This document shows positions 16,556 to 27,064 of a stretch of 64,000 nucleotides of DNA, piece after piece (the first letter of the stretch is position 1; each line of letters begins with the position of its first letter). A program made the position numbers and the translations under genes. The notes under the pieces were generated by a model, which did no database searches, had not been told where the DNA came from, and saw nothing but the letters and a program-made list of their open reading frames with translations. Origin of the DNA: an uncultured Bacilli bacterium (GTDB lineage: Bacteria; Bacillota_I; Bacilli_A; RF39; UBA660); assembly GCA_934095845.1 (NCBI GenBank), contig CAKOKS010000001.1:5689-69688 (forward strand), read 5' to 3'.

Positions 16556-18311
16556 GATACCATATTTGATCTATTTTTAATGATGTTGAAATTGGCATTG
16601 GATTTGGAAGTGGGAATTTAACTAGTAATGGTACTTTAAATGCTGTACCAAATACAAGTCCCATACCAGGTTTCAATGTTTTTATTTTTTCTAGAGTTTC
16701 ATCGGTTACGTTAGATGAAATACCTTTAACTATTTCTAGATCTTCTGGATAGAATAATCTAAATACAACAAAGTTTGAACATTGTGATAAAGCTGTTTTA
16801 GAAAGCTCATTTGGTCTTTGAGTAACAAAACCCAATATAGTTCCATACTTTCTACCTTCTTTAGTTATTCTATCAAATATATTATATCCTAAAATGCTTA
16901 TATCTGAATCATTTTGAACATATCTATGTGCTTCTTCAAGAACAATATGTATTGGGAAAGAACCACGATCTTGAAGTGAAGTAGTATGTTCAAAGAATAC
17001 TCTTGAGAATATTTTTGTTAAACATTTAGCAAATGAATCTTCTATAAATGATAAGTTGATATCCACAAGTTGTACATTTTCACCATTAGGTCCAGTTTTA
17101 AAGAATTCTTCTACAAATTCTGCTCTTGATTGATATTTAGTAAATTTAAAGAATTCATTTTTATCACTGTTGATAATTGATTGTAATCTTGATTTTAAAA
17201 TATTATTTTTATCAAATGCTGATTCACTTGTTAAAATACCTTCACTTATAAGAGCAAATTCTAATGCATAATATAAATCACTTAAAGTATATGTTATATT
17301 TTCATCCAATTTAATATCTATATCTACTTTTACGTAGCTTTGTAAAAAATCAATTACTAAAGATAAAGCATTAATTTTACCTTGATCATCAATATTCAAA
17401 CATTGTCTTAATGTTCTTTCATATCCAGGTTGTTTTATTTTTGAATCAAGATTAATTGCTTCAGTATTGTATGTTGTTAATATAGAAATAACTTGATCTC
17501 TTATTTGAGTTGAATTTTTTCCACTTGATAAAATATCTAAAACTGTTTTAGCAATAATATCATTTTTATAATCTACTGATTTAGGATCATTTGAACAGAA
17601 TATTCTTACTAAATCTAGTGACTTTGATAATATTGGTAATTGACTTGCATCTTTTACTCCTAAAAGAATTGCTAAGTCATCTACTGTTAAAAGATATGCT
17701 GGTATTGTAAGTAAACTTGCATCGCCAAATCTTATTTCAGTTGTATATTTTTTAAAATGTAGACCAACAAACTTATCCATTTCATCAAATGTATTATAAT
17801 ATTCTCCATAAACATCAAATAAACACATATGAGCATTTACTGGTATCTTATTTGTTGCTGTAAAGAATACATTTTGAATTAATCTTGATAATCCACAACT
17901 TTTTCCTGATCCAGTATTACCAATTACGGCAAAATGATTAGCAAAAAAGTCATTTATATTTGCAGAAACTACATAATCCTTATAAATTGGAGAAGAACCA
18001 ATAAGTAAATTACTTCTATCTGATAAATCTTGTTTACCTAAAATAAGTTCTAGTTCAGACTTATAAATTATTCTTGCAACTGTATTCATACCTGGTTTCT
18101 TTAATACACCATTTGAGAATTTACTATCTATAATTTCACCAATTAATTGAATACCAATTATATCTTTATTAATTTCAATTATTTCTCCAACTGTTTTGTG
18201 ATTTGGCTCTTCAAAAACCACATGAAATCCAATATAATTTGTATCAGCTATTTTTTTTGCATTTTCTACATATATAATTGATTTTTCAAATTTAATAATA
18301 TTTCCAAACAT
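16551..18311 (-). CDS. HerA/DUF87-type (FtsK-HerA superfamily) ATPase
   Basis: N-terminal barrel-like region. Walker A GNTGSGKS. HIVLEEAHRYV Walker B-like motif. ..GFVTQRPNELSKTALSQCSNFVVFRL.., typical of HerA-like ATPases. Confidence 0.75.
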   Translation of the reverse strand: MFGNIIKFEKSIIYVENAKKIADTNYIGFHVVFEEPNHKTVGEIIEINKDIIGIQLIGEIIDSKFSNGVLKKPGMNTVARIIYKSELELILGKQDLSDRSNLLIGSSPIYKDYVVSANINDFFANHFAVIGNTGSGKSCGLSRLIQNVFFTATNKIPVNAHMCLFDVYGEYYNTFDEMDKFVGLHFKKYTTEIRFGDASLLTIPAYLLTVDDLAILLGVKDASQLPILSKSLDLVRIFCSNDPKSVDYKNDIIAKTVLDILSSGKNSTQIRDQVISILTTYNTEAINLDSKIKQPGYERTLRQCLNIDDQGKINALSLVIDFLQSYVKVDIDIKLDENITYTLSDLYYALEFALISEGILTSESAFDKNNILKSRLQSIINSDKNEFFKFTKYQSRAEFVEEFFKTGPNGENVQLVDINLSFIEDSFAKCLTKIFSRVFFEHTTSLQDRGSFPIHIVLEEAHRYVQNDSDISILGYNIFDRITKEGRKYGTILGFVTQRPNELSKTALSQCSNFVVFRLFYPEDLEIVKGISSNVTDETLEKIKTLKPGMGLVFGTAFKVPLLVKFPLPNPMPISTSLKIDQIWYQ

Positions 18312-18489
18312 ACAATCACCTTATTATTCTATAATATAAGGATAGCAAAAATATAATATTTTTTCTATAGTAAATTGAATATAATATATAAAATGGTCAT
18401 TAAAAGAACATATTTTATTTTTTGTTCTTTTTAATTTCACATTTTTGTGTTATTATTATAATGTTTTTGAAAAAAAGGAAGTGCAATAT

Positions 18490-20526
18490 ATGAAAAAGTT
18501 TTTTAATAATAACTATATTAAAACCTTTTTTGTTATATTAATAAATATAATTTTAGTAGAGGTTATTTTTAAATTAATAAATTCTTCAACTATATTTGAT
18601 TTTACTATGATAAGAATAATTTTATCATCTATATTTATTTCATCAATATTAGCTCTTGGAATTAGTAATATGGGAATAAAATGTAGAAGAGTGTTTACTT
18701 CAATTGTAAATTTTATTGTATGTGCATATGCATGTGCTCAAGCTGGATTTTATAATTTTCTAGGTGTTTATATGTCTTTACAAACTTCAAGTCAATTTGG
18801 AGCAGTAGTAGACTATATAAAAGATTTCTTATTAAGTTTTAAATTTATATATTTTTTAACTTTTATACCTTTTATTTTAACTATTCTTTATTTTGTTTTT
18901 CTTGATAAAAAAAGTGATAATTTTAAATTAAGTAAACAATTTATTAATACTTTTGTACTTATGTTATTAAGTGGCTCATTATTTTATGTAAGTATAACTT
19001 TAAGTGTATTTCAAAATAAATTACAAACTGTGTCAAATGTAAATTTATTTTTAACAGCATCTAATCCAAGCTTAACAATAGAACAATTTGGTACTACTGG
19101 ATTTGGTATTCTTGATGTTAGAGCAATTATTCATCCAATACATATTATGGAAGATTATGTAGCAGTCAAAGAAGAAAGAGAGATTAATGATAATTCTAGA
19201 ATAATAGATGATACGGCATTTTCATCAGTTATTGAAAATGAAACTGATGATACTATGAAAGCAGTTAGTAATTATTTTATAAATAAAACTATTACTGATA
19301 AAAATGATTATACCGGAATGTTTAAAGATAAGAATTTAATTGTTATTATGATGGAATCAGCTAATGATATTTTTATAAATCAAGAATATTATCCAAACTT
19401 CTATAAACTTTATAGTGAAGGTTGGTCTTGGGATAATAATTATAGTCCAAGAAATTCATGTGCAACTATGAATAATGAATTTAGTGGAATGACTTCACTT
19501 TATTCAATATATAATACATGTACTGCAAGTAAATATAAAAATAATTCATATTTTGAAAGTATATTTAATTTATTTAATAAGCAAAAGTATGTAACATTCT
19601 CTAGTCATGATTATACAGAAGCTTATTATCCAAGAAGCACTATACATAAAAACATGGGGAGTGGAGAATATTATGGTGTTCAAAAACTTGGAATTAGTTA
19701 TTCCAATGAATATAAAAACTGGGCTAATGATGATGAATTCATGGAAGCAGTATTAAAAATTATTGATAAGAAAACAAGTAATAATGAGCATTTTATGACA
19801 TGGCTTACAACTGTTTCTTCTCATCAACCTTATAGTGTTGATTCTATACAAGGTGATAAATTCTATAATATGACTAAAGATACTGGATACTCAAGTGATG
19901 TTAGAAAATACATGTCTAAATTAAAGATTTTAGATGATGGATTAGGAGTGCTATTAAGAGGATTAAAAGATAGAGGTATTTTAGATGATACAGTTATAGT
20001 TTTATATGGAGATCATTATCCATATGGAATTAGCAAAGAACATTTAAATGAAGTATTAGAATATGATACTGAAGAAGATATGAATGCTGAACAAGTTCCT
20101 TTTGTAATTTATAATTCTACAGTAGAAGCTAAAAAGTTTGATCAATATACTTTCTATTTAAATATATTACCAACTTTAGCAAATTTATTTGATTTAGATT
20201 ATGATCCTAGATATTATCTTGGAACAGATTTATTTAGTAATGATGCAGAGTCTTTAACTGTTTTTGCAGATGGATCATGGAAAAATGAAATAGGTTATTA
20301 TAATGCTAAAAAGAATAAGATAAAATATTATACAGATAAAACATATACAACTGAGGAATTAAATAAAATTAATAATGAAATAAGTACTAAAGTTAATATT
20401 AGTAGTACTGTTATTAAAGAAAATTATTTTGAACATTTAAAAGGTAAGTTGGATGAAGAAAATAAAAAATTAGAAGAATCTAAAAATATAATGTGTTTAA
20501 ATTCTGAAAAAGATAAATATAAGTAA
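18490..20526 (+). CDS. LtaS-family sulfatase-domain membrane protein (lipoteichoic acid synthase-like)
   Basis: Five N-terminal TM helices followed by an extracellular alkaline-phosphatase/sulfatase-like domain (NLIVIMMES..., ..HQPY.., ..YGDHYPYG..). Confidence 0.75.
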   Translation: MKKFFNNNYIKTFFVILINIILVEVIFKLINSSTIFDFTMIRIILSSIFISSILALGISNMGIKCRRVFTSIVNFIVCAYACAQAGFYNFLGVYMSLQTSSQFGAVVDYIKDFLLSFKFIYFLTFIPFILTILYFVFLDKKSDNFKLSKQFINTFVLMLLSGSLFYVSITLSVFQNKLQTVSNVNLFLTASNPSLTIEQFGTTGFGILDVRAIIHPIHIMEDYVAVKEEREINDNSRIIDDTAFSSVIENETDDTMKAVSNYFINKTITDKNDYTGMFKDKNLIVIMMESANDIFINQEYYPNFYKLYSEGWSWDNNYSPRNSCATMNNEFSGMTSLYSIYNTCTASKYKNNSYFESIFNLFNKQKYVTFSSHDYTEAYYPRSTIHKNMGSGEYYGVQKLGISYSNEYKNWANDDEFMEAVLKIIDKKTSNNEHFMTWLTTVSSHQPYSVDSIQGDKFYNMTKDTGYSSDVRKYMSKLKILDDGLGVLLRGLKDRGILDDTVIVLYGDHYPYGISKEHLNEVLEYDTEEDMNAEQVPFVIYNSTVEAKKFDQYTFYLNILPTLANLFDLDYDPRYYLGTDLFSNDAESLTVFADGSWKNEIGYYNAKKNKIKYYTDKTYTTEELNKINNEISTKVNISSTVIKENYFEHLKGKLDEENKKLEESKNIMCLNSEKDKYK

Positions 20527-20527
20527 G

Positions 20528-20553
20528 TGAGTAAATTTTTACTCATTTTTTTT
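20528..20553 (+). terminator. intrinsic terminator
   Basis: TGAGTA..TACTCA stem followed by T8. Confidence 0.7.
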
Positions 20554-20625
20554 GTAAATAAGTCTTTATTTTTTTGTAAGAATAAATAAATTTGGTATAA
20601 TAATAATTAGAATAGAGGCGAATAT

Positions 20626-21312
20626 ATGACAGAAGAAGTTAAAGATATGTGTCCAATTAGAAGTGATGCAGTTGGAGGTCCATCTCCAATACCTGAAGAT
20701 GGAATTTTTGTAAGTGCTAAAGAACAAAGTGATATTTCAGGACTTACTCATGCAGTTGGATGGTGTGCACCTCAACAAGGAGCCTGTAAGCTTACTTTAA
20801 ATATTAAAAATGGAATTATTGAAGAAGCTTTAGTTGAAACTGTTGGTTGTTCAGGAATGACTCATTCAGCAGCAATGGCTGGTGAAATATTACCGGGTAA
20901 AACTTTAATAGAAGCTATGAATACTGATCTTGTATGTGATGCAATTAATACGGCAATGAGAGAATTATTCTTGCAAATAATTTATGGAAGAAGTCAATCG
21001 GCATTTTCTAAAGGTGGATTAAAAATTGGAAGCTGTATGGAAGATTTGGGTAAATTTAAACAAAGTCAACTTGGTTCAGTTTATTCAACTAAAGAAAAAG
21101 GAGTAAGGTATTTAAATTTAACTGATGGTTATATTTTATCTTTAGGCTTAGATGATGAAAATAAAATTATTGGTTATAAATATATAAATACAGGTAAAAT
21201 GCTTGGGTTACTTAAAAGTGGAGTAGATCCAGTTAAAGCAATAAATGATTCTACTGGAATTTATGGTAGATATACTGAAGCAGTTAAAAAAGTAGATCCA
21301 AGAAAGGAATAA
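20626..21312 (+). CDS. NifU/IscU-N-like Fe-S scaffold-domain protein with extra C-terminal domain
   Basis: Three spaced Cys in an IscU-like context (GWCAPQQGAC.., ..VGCSGMTHSAAMAGE.., ..DLVCDAI..). Confidence 0.6.
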   Translation: MTEEVKDMCPIRSDAVGGPSPIPEDGIFVSAKEQSDISGLTHAVGWCAPQQGACKLTLNIKNGIIEEALVETVGCSGMTHSAAMAGEILPGKTLIEAMNTDLVCDAINTAMRELFLQIIYGRSQSAFSKGGLKIGSCMEDLGKFKQSQLGSVYSTKEKGVRYLNLTDGYILSLGLDDENKIIGYKYINTGKMLGLLKSGVDPVKAINDSTGIYGRYTEAVKKVDPRKE

Positions 21313-21315
21313 TAT

Positions 21316-22317
21316 ATGGAAAAATTTGAATATTATAATGAACGTATAGATAATATTAATACGGTTTTAAATAAACATGGAATTAAAACAATTGATGAAG
21401 CTTATGAAATTTGTAAAAGTTATAACATAGATCCACTTGCTAGTGTAAAAGAAGTTCAAAATATTTCTTTTGATGATGCTGGTTGGGCTTATGTTGTAGG
21501 ATGCGCAATTGCTTTAAAAGAACATGCTACAAATGCAAGTGATGTTGCAAATTTCATTGGTGAAGGATTAGAAAGTTTTTGTATAAAAGGAAGTGTTTCT
21601 GAAGAAAGACATATTGGTCTTGGTCATGGTAGACTTGCAAGTATGCTTTTAAGTGAAGATACAAAAGTATTTGCTTTTTTAGCAGGTCATGAATCATTTG
21701 CTGCTGCTGAAGGAGCAATTGGAATCGTGGCATCAGCAAACAAAGTTAGAAAAACTCCATTAAAAGTTATTTTAAATGGTCTTGGAAAAGATGCTGCTAA
21801 AATAATATCTCGTGTAAATGGATTTACTTATGTTGAAACTAGGTTTGATTATGAAAATAATAAATTAGAAATAGTAAATGAAAAAAGATATAGTGATTCA
21901 GTTCGTGGAGATGTAAAATGTTATGGTGCTTACGATGTAAGAGAAGGTGTTGCTATAATGATGCATGAAAATGTTGATATATCAATTACTGGTAATTCAA
22001 CAAATCCAACTAGATTTCAACATCCAGTAGCAGGTATTTATAAAAAATATCGAATTGAAAATGTACTTCCATATTTTTCAGTTGCCTCTGGTGGAGGAAC
22101 AGGAAGAACACTTCATCCAGATAATATGGCAGCTGGACCTGCTAGTTATGGTTTGACTGACACGATGGGAAGAATGCATTCAGATGCCCAATTTGCTGGC
22201 TCTTCTTCAGTTCCAGCTCATGTAGAAATGATGGGATTTATTGGTATGGGTAATAATCCGATAGTAGGTGCAACAGTTAAATTAAGCGTTAAAGTTGTCG
22301 AAGCTTTAAATGCATAA
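21316..22317 (+). CDS. GGGtGRT family protein (function unknown)
   Basis: Contains the eponymous ..SVASGGGTGRTLHPDNMAAGPASYG.. motif. Lies 3 nt downstream of the NifU-like gene. Confidence 0.8.
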   Translation: MEKFEYYNERIDNINTVLNKHGIKTIDEAYEICKSYNIDPLASVKEVQNISFDDAGWAYVVGCAIALKEHATNASDVANFIGEGLESFCIKGSVSEERHIGLGHGRLASMLLSEDTKVFAFLAGHESFAAAEGAIGIVASANKVRKTPLKVILNGLGKDAAKIISRVNGFTYVETRFDYENNKLEIVNEKRYSDSVRGDVKCYGAYDVREGVAIMMHENVDISITGNSTNPTRFQHPVAGIYKKYRIENVLPYFSVASGGGTGRTLHPDNMAAGPASYGLTDTMGRMHSDAQFAGSSSVPAHVEMMGFIGMGNNPIVGATVKLSVKVVEALNA

Positions 22318-22320
22318 TAA

Positions 22321-22347
22321 AACTTCCAAAATTTTGGAAGTTTTTTA
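22321..22347. terminator. bidirectional intrinsic terminator
   Basis: AACTTCCAAAA/TTTTGGAAGTT palindrome flanked by A and T runs. Confidence 0.75.
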
Positions 22348-24054
22348 TTTGTTTTGTAATTGTTGATAATATTTATTATGTTTCATTAAATATTCATGAG
22401 TTCCAATACCAACTAATTTACCATGATCTATTACAATTATTTCATCAGCTGATATCATAAGTTCAGGTTTATGAGTTATCATTAAAACTGTATGATCTTT
22501 TTTTAAATCTTTTAAAATATCTAATATTTGATTAGAAGTATTCATATCTAAAGATGAAGTAACCTCATCAAAAAGTAAAACTTCAGATTTTGATAATAAT
22601 GTTCTAGCAAGTGCAATTAATTGTTTTTGGCCTGTAGAAATATTTTCTGCATCACCAAATAATTTAGTATTATATCCATCTTTTAAACTCATTATATAAT
22701 CATGAACTCCAGCTCTTTTACAAGCATCAATTTGATTATTTCTATTAGAATCAATTAAAGATAAATTATCCTTTATACTCATATCAAATATAAAAGGTTT
22801 TTGAGTTACTATTGCAACATTGCTTGAATATACTTCTTTAGAATAATTATAAATGTTTTCATTATCTAATAATATTTCTCCTTTATTGGCTTTATACAAT
22901 CTTAAAAGAAGTCTAAAAATAGTAGATTTTCCAGAACCGCTTTTACCAACTATTGCAGTAAAAGAATTAGGCTTTATTTTGAAACTAACATTTTTCATAG
23001 TTTCTTGTTTTTCATATGTAAATGAAACATGTTTAAATTCTATTTCACCTTTTATATCATCTGTACTATTATTACCAAAATCTAACATATTTTTAGTTTT
23101 ATAATTTAAAACTTTATATGTACGATCAACACGTGTAGAATTAGATGCTAACTTATCTAACTTGTCATTAAATTTATCAAATTTAGTTTCAATATTTTCA
23201 TAATATCCAATAACTAATATTAAAGCTGATATATTATATTTTCCATTCAATATTAAATATATTGAAATTAAATACACTAATATTTTTCCAAATCCTAAAA
23301 TAGTTGGAATTAAAACATATACGTTATCTTCATAAAATCTTCTTGTTAAATAACTTTTTTTCCATTTCTTTTTATAATTAGTTAAATATTCATTTATATC
23401 TTCTTTCATATTAAATGATTTTATTTCTTTATTACCATCTAATACTTGACCCATAAGTCCAGATATATTATCTTCATGTTTTCTTTGAATTGCTAAATGA
23501 TAATCTCTTTTTATTATATTTCTATTTAAGCAATAAAGAGAAATAAGATTTAAAACTAGAGTAGAAATACCAATATAGATATTTACTTTTGCAAGAATTA
23601 TTAAAGCAAATATAATTGTAATAAATTCATTAATAGCATCAAATATTTGATCTGGTATTTGCATAATTTCGCCAACATCTTTAAAAGATGTATTTATAAT
23701 GTATGGAACTGAAATAGTTTTAGTAAAGTTTTCATCGTAAGTTGTTACTTTATCCATTATTAATTGCTGTAATTTATTGTGAGTATATATTGAATTGTTT
23801 TTGTATGATACATAATTGTAATGATGACATAAAGTATAAAATAAACTTACTCCTAAAAAAACTAATACATATATACCAGCCATTTTAAAATCTGGAATAG
23901 TTGCATATTCAACAATTTTAGCTGCAGTAAAAGGAATAAGTAACATAGATGAACTTCTTAGAAAAGAAGAAATAAATAAGTGTGTTAAATATTTTTTATT
24001 ATTAGCACCTAAGGAGAAAAACTTTTTTACAATTAAATAGTATTTTTTAATCAT
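22345..24054 (-). CDS. ABC exporter permease/ATPase fusion (heterodimer partner with consensus Walker B, non-canonical signature)
   Basis: Six-TM domain plus NBD. GKSGSGKST, ISTGQKQL, LLFDEVTSSLD. The start at 24054 overlaps the upstream stop. Confidence 0.9.
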   Translation of the reverse strand: MIKKYYLIVKKFFSLGANNKKYLTHLFISSFLRSSSMLLIPFTAAKIVEYATIPDFKMAGIYVLVFLGVSLFYTLCHHYNYVSYKNNSIYTHNKLQQLIMDKVTTYDENFTKTISVPYIINTSFKDVGEIMQIPDQIFDAINEFITIIFALIILAKVNIYIGISTLVLNLISLYCLNRNIIKRDYHLAIQRKHEDNISGLMGQVLDGNKEIKSFNMKEDINEYLTNYKKKWKKSYLTRRFYEDNVYVLIPTILGFGKILVYLISIYLILNGKYNISALILVIGYYENIETKFDKFNDKLDKLASNSTRVDRTYKVLNYKTKNMLDFGNNSTDDIKGEIEFKHVSFTYEKQETMKNVSFKIKPNSFTAIVGKSGSGKSTIFRLLLRLYKANKGEILLDNENIYNYSKEVYSSNVAIVTQKPFIFDMSIKDNLSLIDSNRNNQIDACKRAGVHDYIMSLKDGYNTKLFGDAENISTGQKQLIALARTLLSKSEVLLFDEVTSSLDMNTSNQILDILKDLKKDHTVLMITHKPELMISADEIIVIDHGKLVGIGTHEYLMKHNKYYQQLQNK

Positions 24055-25789
24055 TATCAAACACTCCAATTCTACTTGGTGATTTCATTGATTGTAAAAT
24101 TTGATATATTTCATTTCTTTTTATCAATTGTTCATGAGTTCCAATATCATTAATTTTACCATTATCTAAAACAACAATTCTATCTGCTTCTTTCATTAAA
24201 TCAGGTTTTTTTGTAATCATTATGACTGTATGATCAACTTTTAAATCTTTTATTAATTTAGGTACTAATTTGGCTGTATCAGGATCCAATGCTGTAGTTA
24301 TATCATCTAAAAGTAAAATTTCAGCATCAGATAGTATTGTTCTAGCAATAGATATCATTTGCTTTTGTCCACCAGAAATATTACTTCCATTTTCTCTTAA
24401 TATAGTATTATATCCATTTGGAAGAGTTTGGATAAAGTCATGAATTCCTGCTTTTTTACATGCTTCAATTTGATTACTAATGTTAGTATCAACAAAATCA
24501 AGATTTTTTCTAATACTAGTGTTAAAAATAAAAGGTTTTTGATTAACAATAGAAACATTATGAGAATAAATTTCTTTTGAAAAGTCATAAATATTTATAT
24601 TATCAATTTTTATATTTCCTTCTGTTGGTTTATAAAGTCTTAAAAGTAAATTAAACATCATTGTTTTACCAGAACCAGCTTCACCAACAATAGCAATAAC
24701 TTCATTATGGTTAATTTTTAAATTGATGTTATGAAGTACTTCAGTGTTTTTAATTTTTAACGATACATTTTTAAATTCGACTATGCCATAAATATCATCT
24801 TTAGAGTTATCTCCAAATACTATATTTTCGGATTTGTAATTTAATATATCATTAATTCGGTTTACAGATGTATTAGTTTTTCTAATAGCAGCAGTAGATT
24901 CAATTAGTTCATTGATGTAATCAACTAAATATTCATGATAAGAAATAATTAATACAAGTCCACTTATAGTCATTCTATTCATAAACATTAGAAGAAGTAG
25001 AACTAAATATAATATAAATCTAAATGTATAAATAATTATTTTTACATCATTATCTCTTAAAGTCGTATAAAATCTTTTAGATGTATATACATTTGTAAAT
25101 TTCTTTTGAATAATTGCTAATTTATCTTTTAATTTAGGTAACATATTAAAAGTTTTTATTTCTTGAAGTCCAGATACAATTTGCATTAATAAAGAACTAT
25201 ATTGATCATCTTGAACAACAACTTTATTGTGGTAGTAATTTATTTTCTTATCAAAACTGTTTCTTAATTTTATATAAAGAATTGAAAAAATTACTAATAT
25301 TAAAGATATATAAATATTATAAAAAGATACAATTATTAAAACTACTATTACTTGTAAGGTTCCAATTATTACTTCAGATATACGGTCGTTCATATCTCCT
25401 ATATCTAAAATATCTGAGTTGACTGTATTTATAAGTCTACCTTTACTAATTACTCTTGTAAAATTATTATCAACTGATATTAGTTTATTTAATACTTTAT
25501 TTGTTAATTTATCATAACAATAAGTTAGGTTATAATTATATATTCTATAATTTGCATATAAAGCTATATTGTATAAAATATATGTTATTAAAAAAGCAAG
25601 TAGACTATAATAAGTTTTAGACGCATCTGCAATAGTTAAATATTTTATTATAAGAGAAGCTATAATTGGAAGTAATATTGATAAACCTTTGTATAAAAAA
25701 GCTGTTAAAACATTTATAGATAAATAAAGTGGTTTTAATTCTGCTAATTTCAAATATTCTTTAATAAAATTGTAATACTCTTTTATCAT
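24047..25789 (-). CDS. ABC exporter permease/ATPase fusion (heterodimer partner with degenerate catalytic site)
   Basis: GEAGSGKTM, ISGGQKQM, LLLDDITTALD (Asp in place of the catalytic Glu). AAGGAG RBS upstream of the ATG at 25789. Confidence 0.9.
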   Translation of the reverse strand: MIKEYYNFIKEYLKLAELKPLYLSINVLTAFLYKGLSILLPIIASLIIKYLTIADASKTYYSLLAFLITYILYNIALYANYRIYNYNLTYCYDKLTNKVLNKLISVDNNFTRVISKGRLINTVNSDILDIGDMNDRISEVIIGTLQVIVVLIIVSFYNIYISLILVIFSILYIKLRNSFDKKINYYHNKVVVQDDQYSSLLMQIVSGLQEIKTFNMLPKLKDKLAIIQKKFTNVYTSKRFYTTLRDNDVKIIIYTFRFILYLVLLLLMFMNRMTISGLVLIISYHEYLVDYINELIESTAAIRKTNTSVNRINDILNYKSENIVFGDNSKDDIYGIVEFKNVSLKIKNTEVLHNINLKINHNEVIAIVGEAGSGKTMMFNLLLRLYKPTEGNIKIDNINIYDFSKEIYSHNVSIVNQKPFIFNTSIRKNLDFVDTNISNQIEACKKAGIHDFIQTLPNGYNTILRENGSNISGGQKQMISIARTILSDAEILLLDDITTALDPDTAKLVPKLIKDLKVDHTVIMITKKPDLMKEADRIVVLDNGKINDIGTHEQLIKRNEIYQILQSMKSPSRIGVFDND

Positions 25790-26011
25790 ACTGCTATACT
25801 CCTTATTATATTTTAACATATAAAATTTTAATATGGTAATTTTTAAGAAGTAATTCACATTTTTTTAGGTAATAGTATTAGTAGGAGGGGATAATGAAAT
25901 AAAAAATATTAAAGTAAGCATACACATTACATTGACTTTTGTGAATATTTACTTCAAATTAATTTAGTACTAATTATAGAATATATTAATATGATTATAA
26001 TGGTGATATGT

Positions 26012-27010
26012 ATGAAAAGCGTTGTTATTAATGCAAGTGCTGGTGGAAGTGATTCTGGTGCTAAAGGTAATGGATTAATTGAAAAAAATGTTTCACTTGA
26101 AATATCTAAAAAAATATATGATATTCTAAAAAGTAAAGGAGTAGATACTTATTTATTAAGAAGTGATGATAATACTATTTCGTATGATGATAGAATAAAG
26201 GATTTAAAAAGCAAATATCCAAATAAAAATAATACAATTTTAATATCTAATACTTTAAACTCAGGTGGAAGTAGTGGAATAGAAATAATTTATCCTTTAA
26301 GTAAAAAAGATACACTTCCTAAACTTATAAATAATAAACTTGAAACTTTAAATGATACTAAATATTATCAATATAGATACTCAGTTGATACAACTAAAGA
26401 TTATTATTATTTAACAAGGGAAACTCCAGGGTACGAAACTATTATTATTCGATATGGATATGTTGATAATGCAAATGATGCTAAGATTATAAAAAACAAT
26501 ATTGATGAATTTGCTAATAAGGTAAGTGATGCTATTTTAAATTATATTGGTTATACTTCAACAAATTTATATACTGTTAAAAGTGGAGATACTTTGTATT
26601 CTATTGCCAAAAAGTATGGAACCACAGTTGATAAGTTAAAGAAAGCAAATAATATAACAAGTAATACTTTAAAAATTGGTGCATCTTTAATAATACCAGA
26701 AGAAGAAAAAGAGAGTGTTCCAGAATCTCCAGTATATTACAAAGTTAAATCAGGGGACACATTATATTCTATTGCTAAAAAATATGGAATAAGTGTTGAT
26801 AAGTTAAAGAGTATTAACAAAAAAACAAATAATTTGATTACAGTTGGAGAACTTTTAATTATTGATGAAGTGAATACAATAAAAGTAAGTAAAGGAGATA
26901 CTTTGTATTCAATAGCTAAAAAATATAATACAACAGTAGATGAACTTAAAAAAATTAATAATTTAACTAATAATACTTTATCAATTGGTCAAACATTAAA
27001 AGTTCCATAA
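26012..27010 (+). CDS. Amidase_3-like domain (probably catalytically degenerate) plus three LysM repeats
   Basis: Amidase_3 architecture, but GHGG reads SAGG, SIHAN reads SNTLN, and the E of ..E.GF..N reads R (IIIRYGYVDN). Three LysM repeats. Confidence 0.8.
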   Translation: MKSVVINASAGGSDSGAKGNGLIEKNVSLEISKKIYDILKSKGVDTYLLRSDDNTISYDDRIKDLKSKYPNKNNTILISNTLNSGGSSGIEIIYPLSKKDTLPKLINNKLETLNDTKYYQYRYSVDTTKDYYYLTRETPGYETIIIRYGYVDNANDAKIIKNNIDEFANKVSDAILNYIGYTSTNLYTVKSGDTLYSIAKKYGTTVDKLKKANNITSNTLKIGASLIIPEEEKESVPESPVYYKVKSGDTLYSIAKKYGISVDKLKSINKKTNNLITVGELLIIDEVNTIKVSKGDTLYSIAKKYNTTVDELKKINNLTNNTLSIGQTLKVP

Positions 27011-27064
27011 TTTAAAAGTTCATAAGTTATTATTTTTCAACATATAAATTTATAGGTGAAGAAA

